From Spirochaetia bacterium (GTDB taxonomy: Bacteria > Spirochaetota > Spirochaetia > CADAEX01): a stretch of DNA of 64,000 bases. The position numbers were made by a program, and so were the translations under genes. Location: the NCBI GenBank assembly GCA_017642445.1, contig JAGCPA010000060.1:11797-75796 (forward strand), given 5' to 3'. The notes under the pieces are model-generated. The model did not search any database. It was not told where the DNA came from and saw only the letters and a list, made by a program, of their open reading frames with translations. Shown here one piece after another: positions 63,577 to 64,000 of this stretch (position 1 is the first letter of the stretch; each line of letters starts with the position of its first letter).

Positions 63577-63816
63577 TCAGTCGAGAATTTCCAGCACAAC
63601 CCTCTTTCCAGTCTTGGATGCAGCTGCACTCAGCACAGTCCGTACAGCCTTGGCAATCCTACCATGTTTTCCGATCACCTTGCCGATATCTTCCTGTGAT
63701 ACCCTGAGCTCAAGAATGGTGGATTTTTCCCCTTCGATAATGCTTACGCTTACGTTTTCGGGATCATCCACAAGGGACTTTGCGATATATTCCACAAGAT
63801 CCTTTTCCAAATTCAT
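63577..63816 (-). CDS. KH-domain RNA-binding protein (UPF0109/YlqC-like)
   Basis: 79 aa; GKVIGKHGRIAKAVRTVL KH GxxG loop. Confidence 0.85.
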   Translation of the reverse strand: MNLEKDLVEYIAKSLVDDPENVSVSIIEGEKSTILELRVSQEDIGKVIGKHGRIAKAVRTVLSAAASKTGKRVVLEILD

Positions 63817-63828
63817 GGGACACTCCCC

Positions 63829-64000
63829 TTATTTTACAGCGATGTTCTGCTTGTTAAGGAGTTTTTTAACTGTCTGACTTGGTAAAGCACCTTTGGCAAT
63901 CCATGCCTTGATCTTTTCTGCATCAAGAACAATCTGATTCTCGGCCTCGATAGGATGATACTGTCCAACCTCTTCCAGAGTTCTTCCATCCCGTGGTGCA
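63829..64000 (-). CDS. rpsP: 30S ribosomal protein S16 (C-terminal part; 5' end lies outside the window)
   Basis: Hand translation ...APRDGRTLEEVGQYHPIEAENQIVLDAEKIKAWIAKGALPSQTVKKLLNKQNIAVK-stop. Confidence 0.85.
   Translation of the reverse strand, partial: APRDGRTLEEVGQYHPIEAENQIVLDAEKIKAWIAKGALPSQTVKKLLNKQNIAVK

Overview
This is a bacterial chromosomal window, mostly GC-moderate core genome; the gene content and the rpsP-KH-rimM-trmD-rplS order suggest an anaerobe, possibly a spirochaete, but the organism is not certain. It is densely coding. Housekeeping genes include a ribDEBAH riboflavin operon behind an FMN riboswitch, purQ and purL, leuS, trmL, citrate synthase, a PcrA/UvrD helicase, tRNA-Asp and tRNA-Ser. 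Other loci include a TAXI-TRAP transporter divergent from a PhnW-like aminotransferase, a partner-switching signalling operon and a dinJ/yoeB toxin-antitoxin pair.

An AT-rich block at about 22.5-35.3 kb appears horizontally acquired. It carries a complete Type I restriction-modification system (a half hsdS, hsdM, an embedded PD-(D/E)xK nuclease-like gene, hsdS, RhuM, hsdR and a YgjP-like peptidase). Next to it are a Schlafen/AlbA_2+HATPase gene flanked by 41-bp direct repeats and a standalone PD-(D/E)xK gene.

The three candidates most likely to be new are: (1) an operon pairing a CoA-acylating aldehyde dehydrogenase with two paralogous citrate-synthase-fold proteins whose catalytic residues are altered; (2) the accessory nuclease-like genes in and beside the R-M island; (3) a partner-switching module containing an HD-domain (p)ppGpp-hydrolase-like protein and a STAS-kinase fusion.

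No CRISPR array, rRNA, transposase or integrase was seen. Coordinates of non-coding elements are approximate because they were read by eye.
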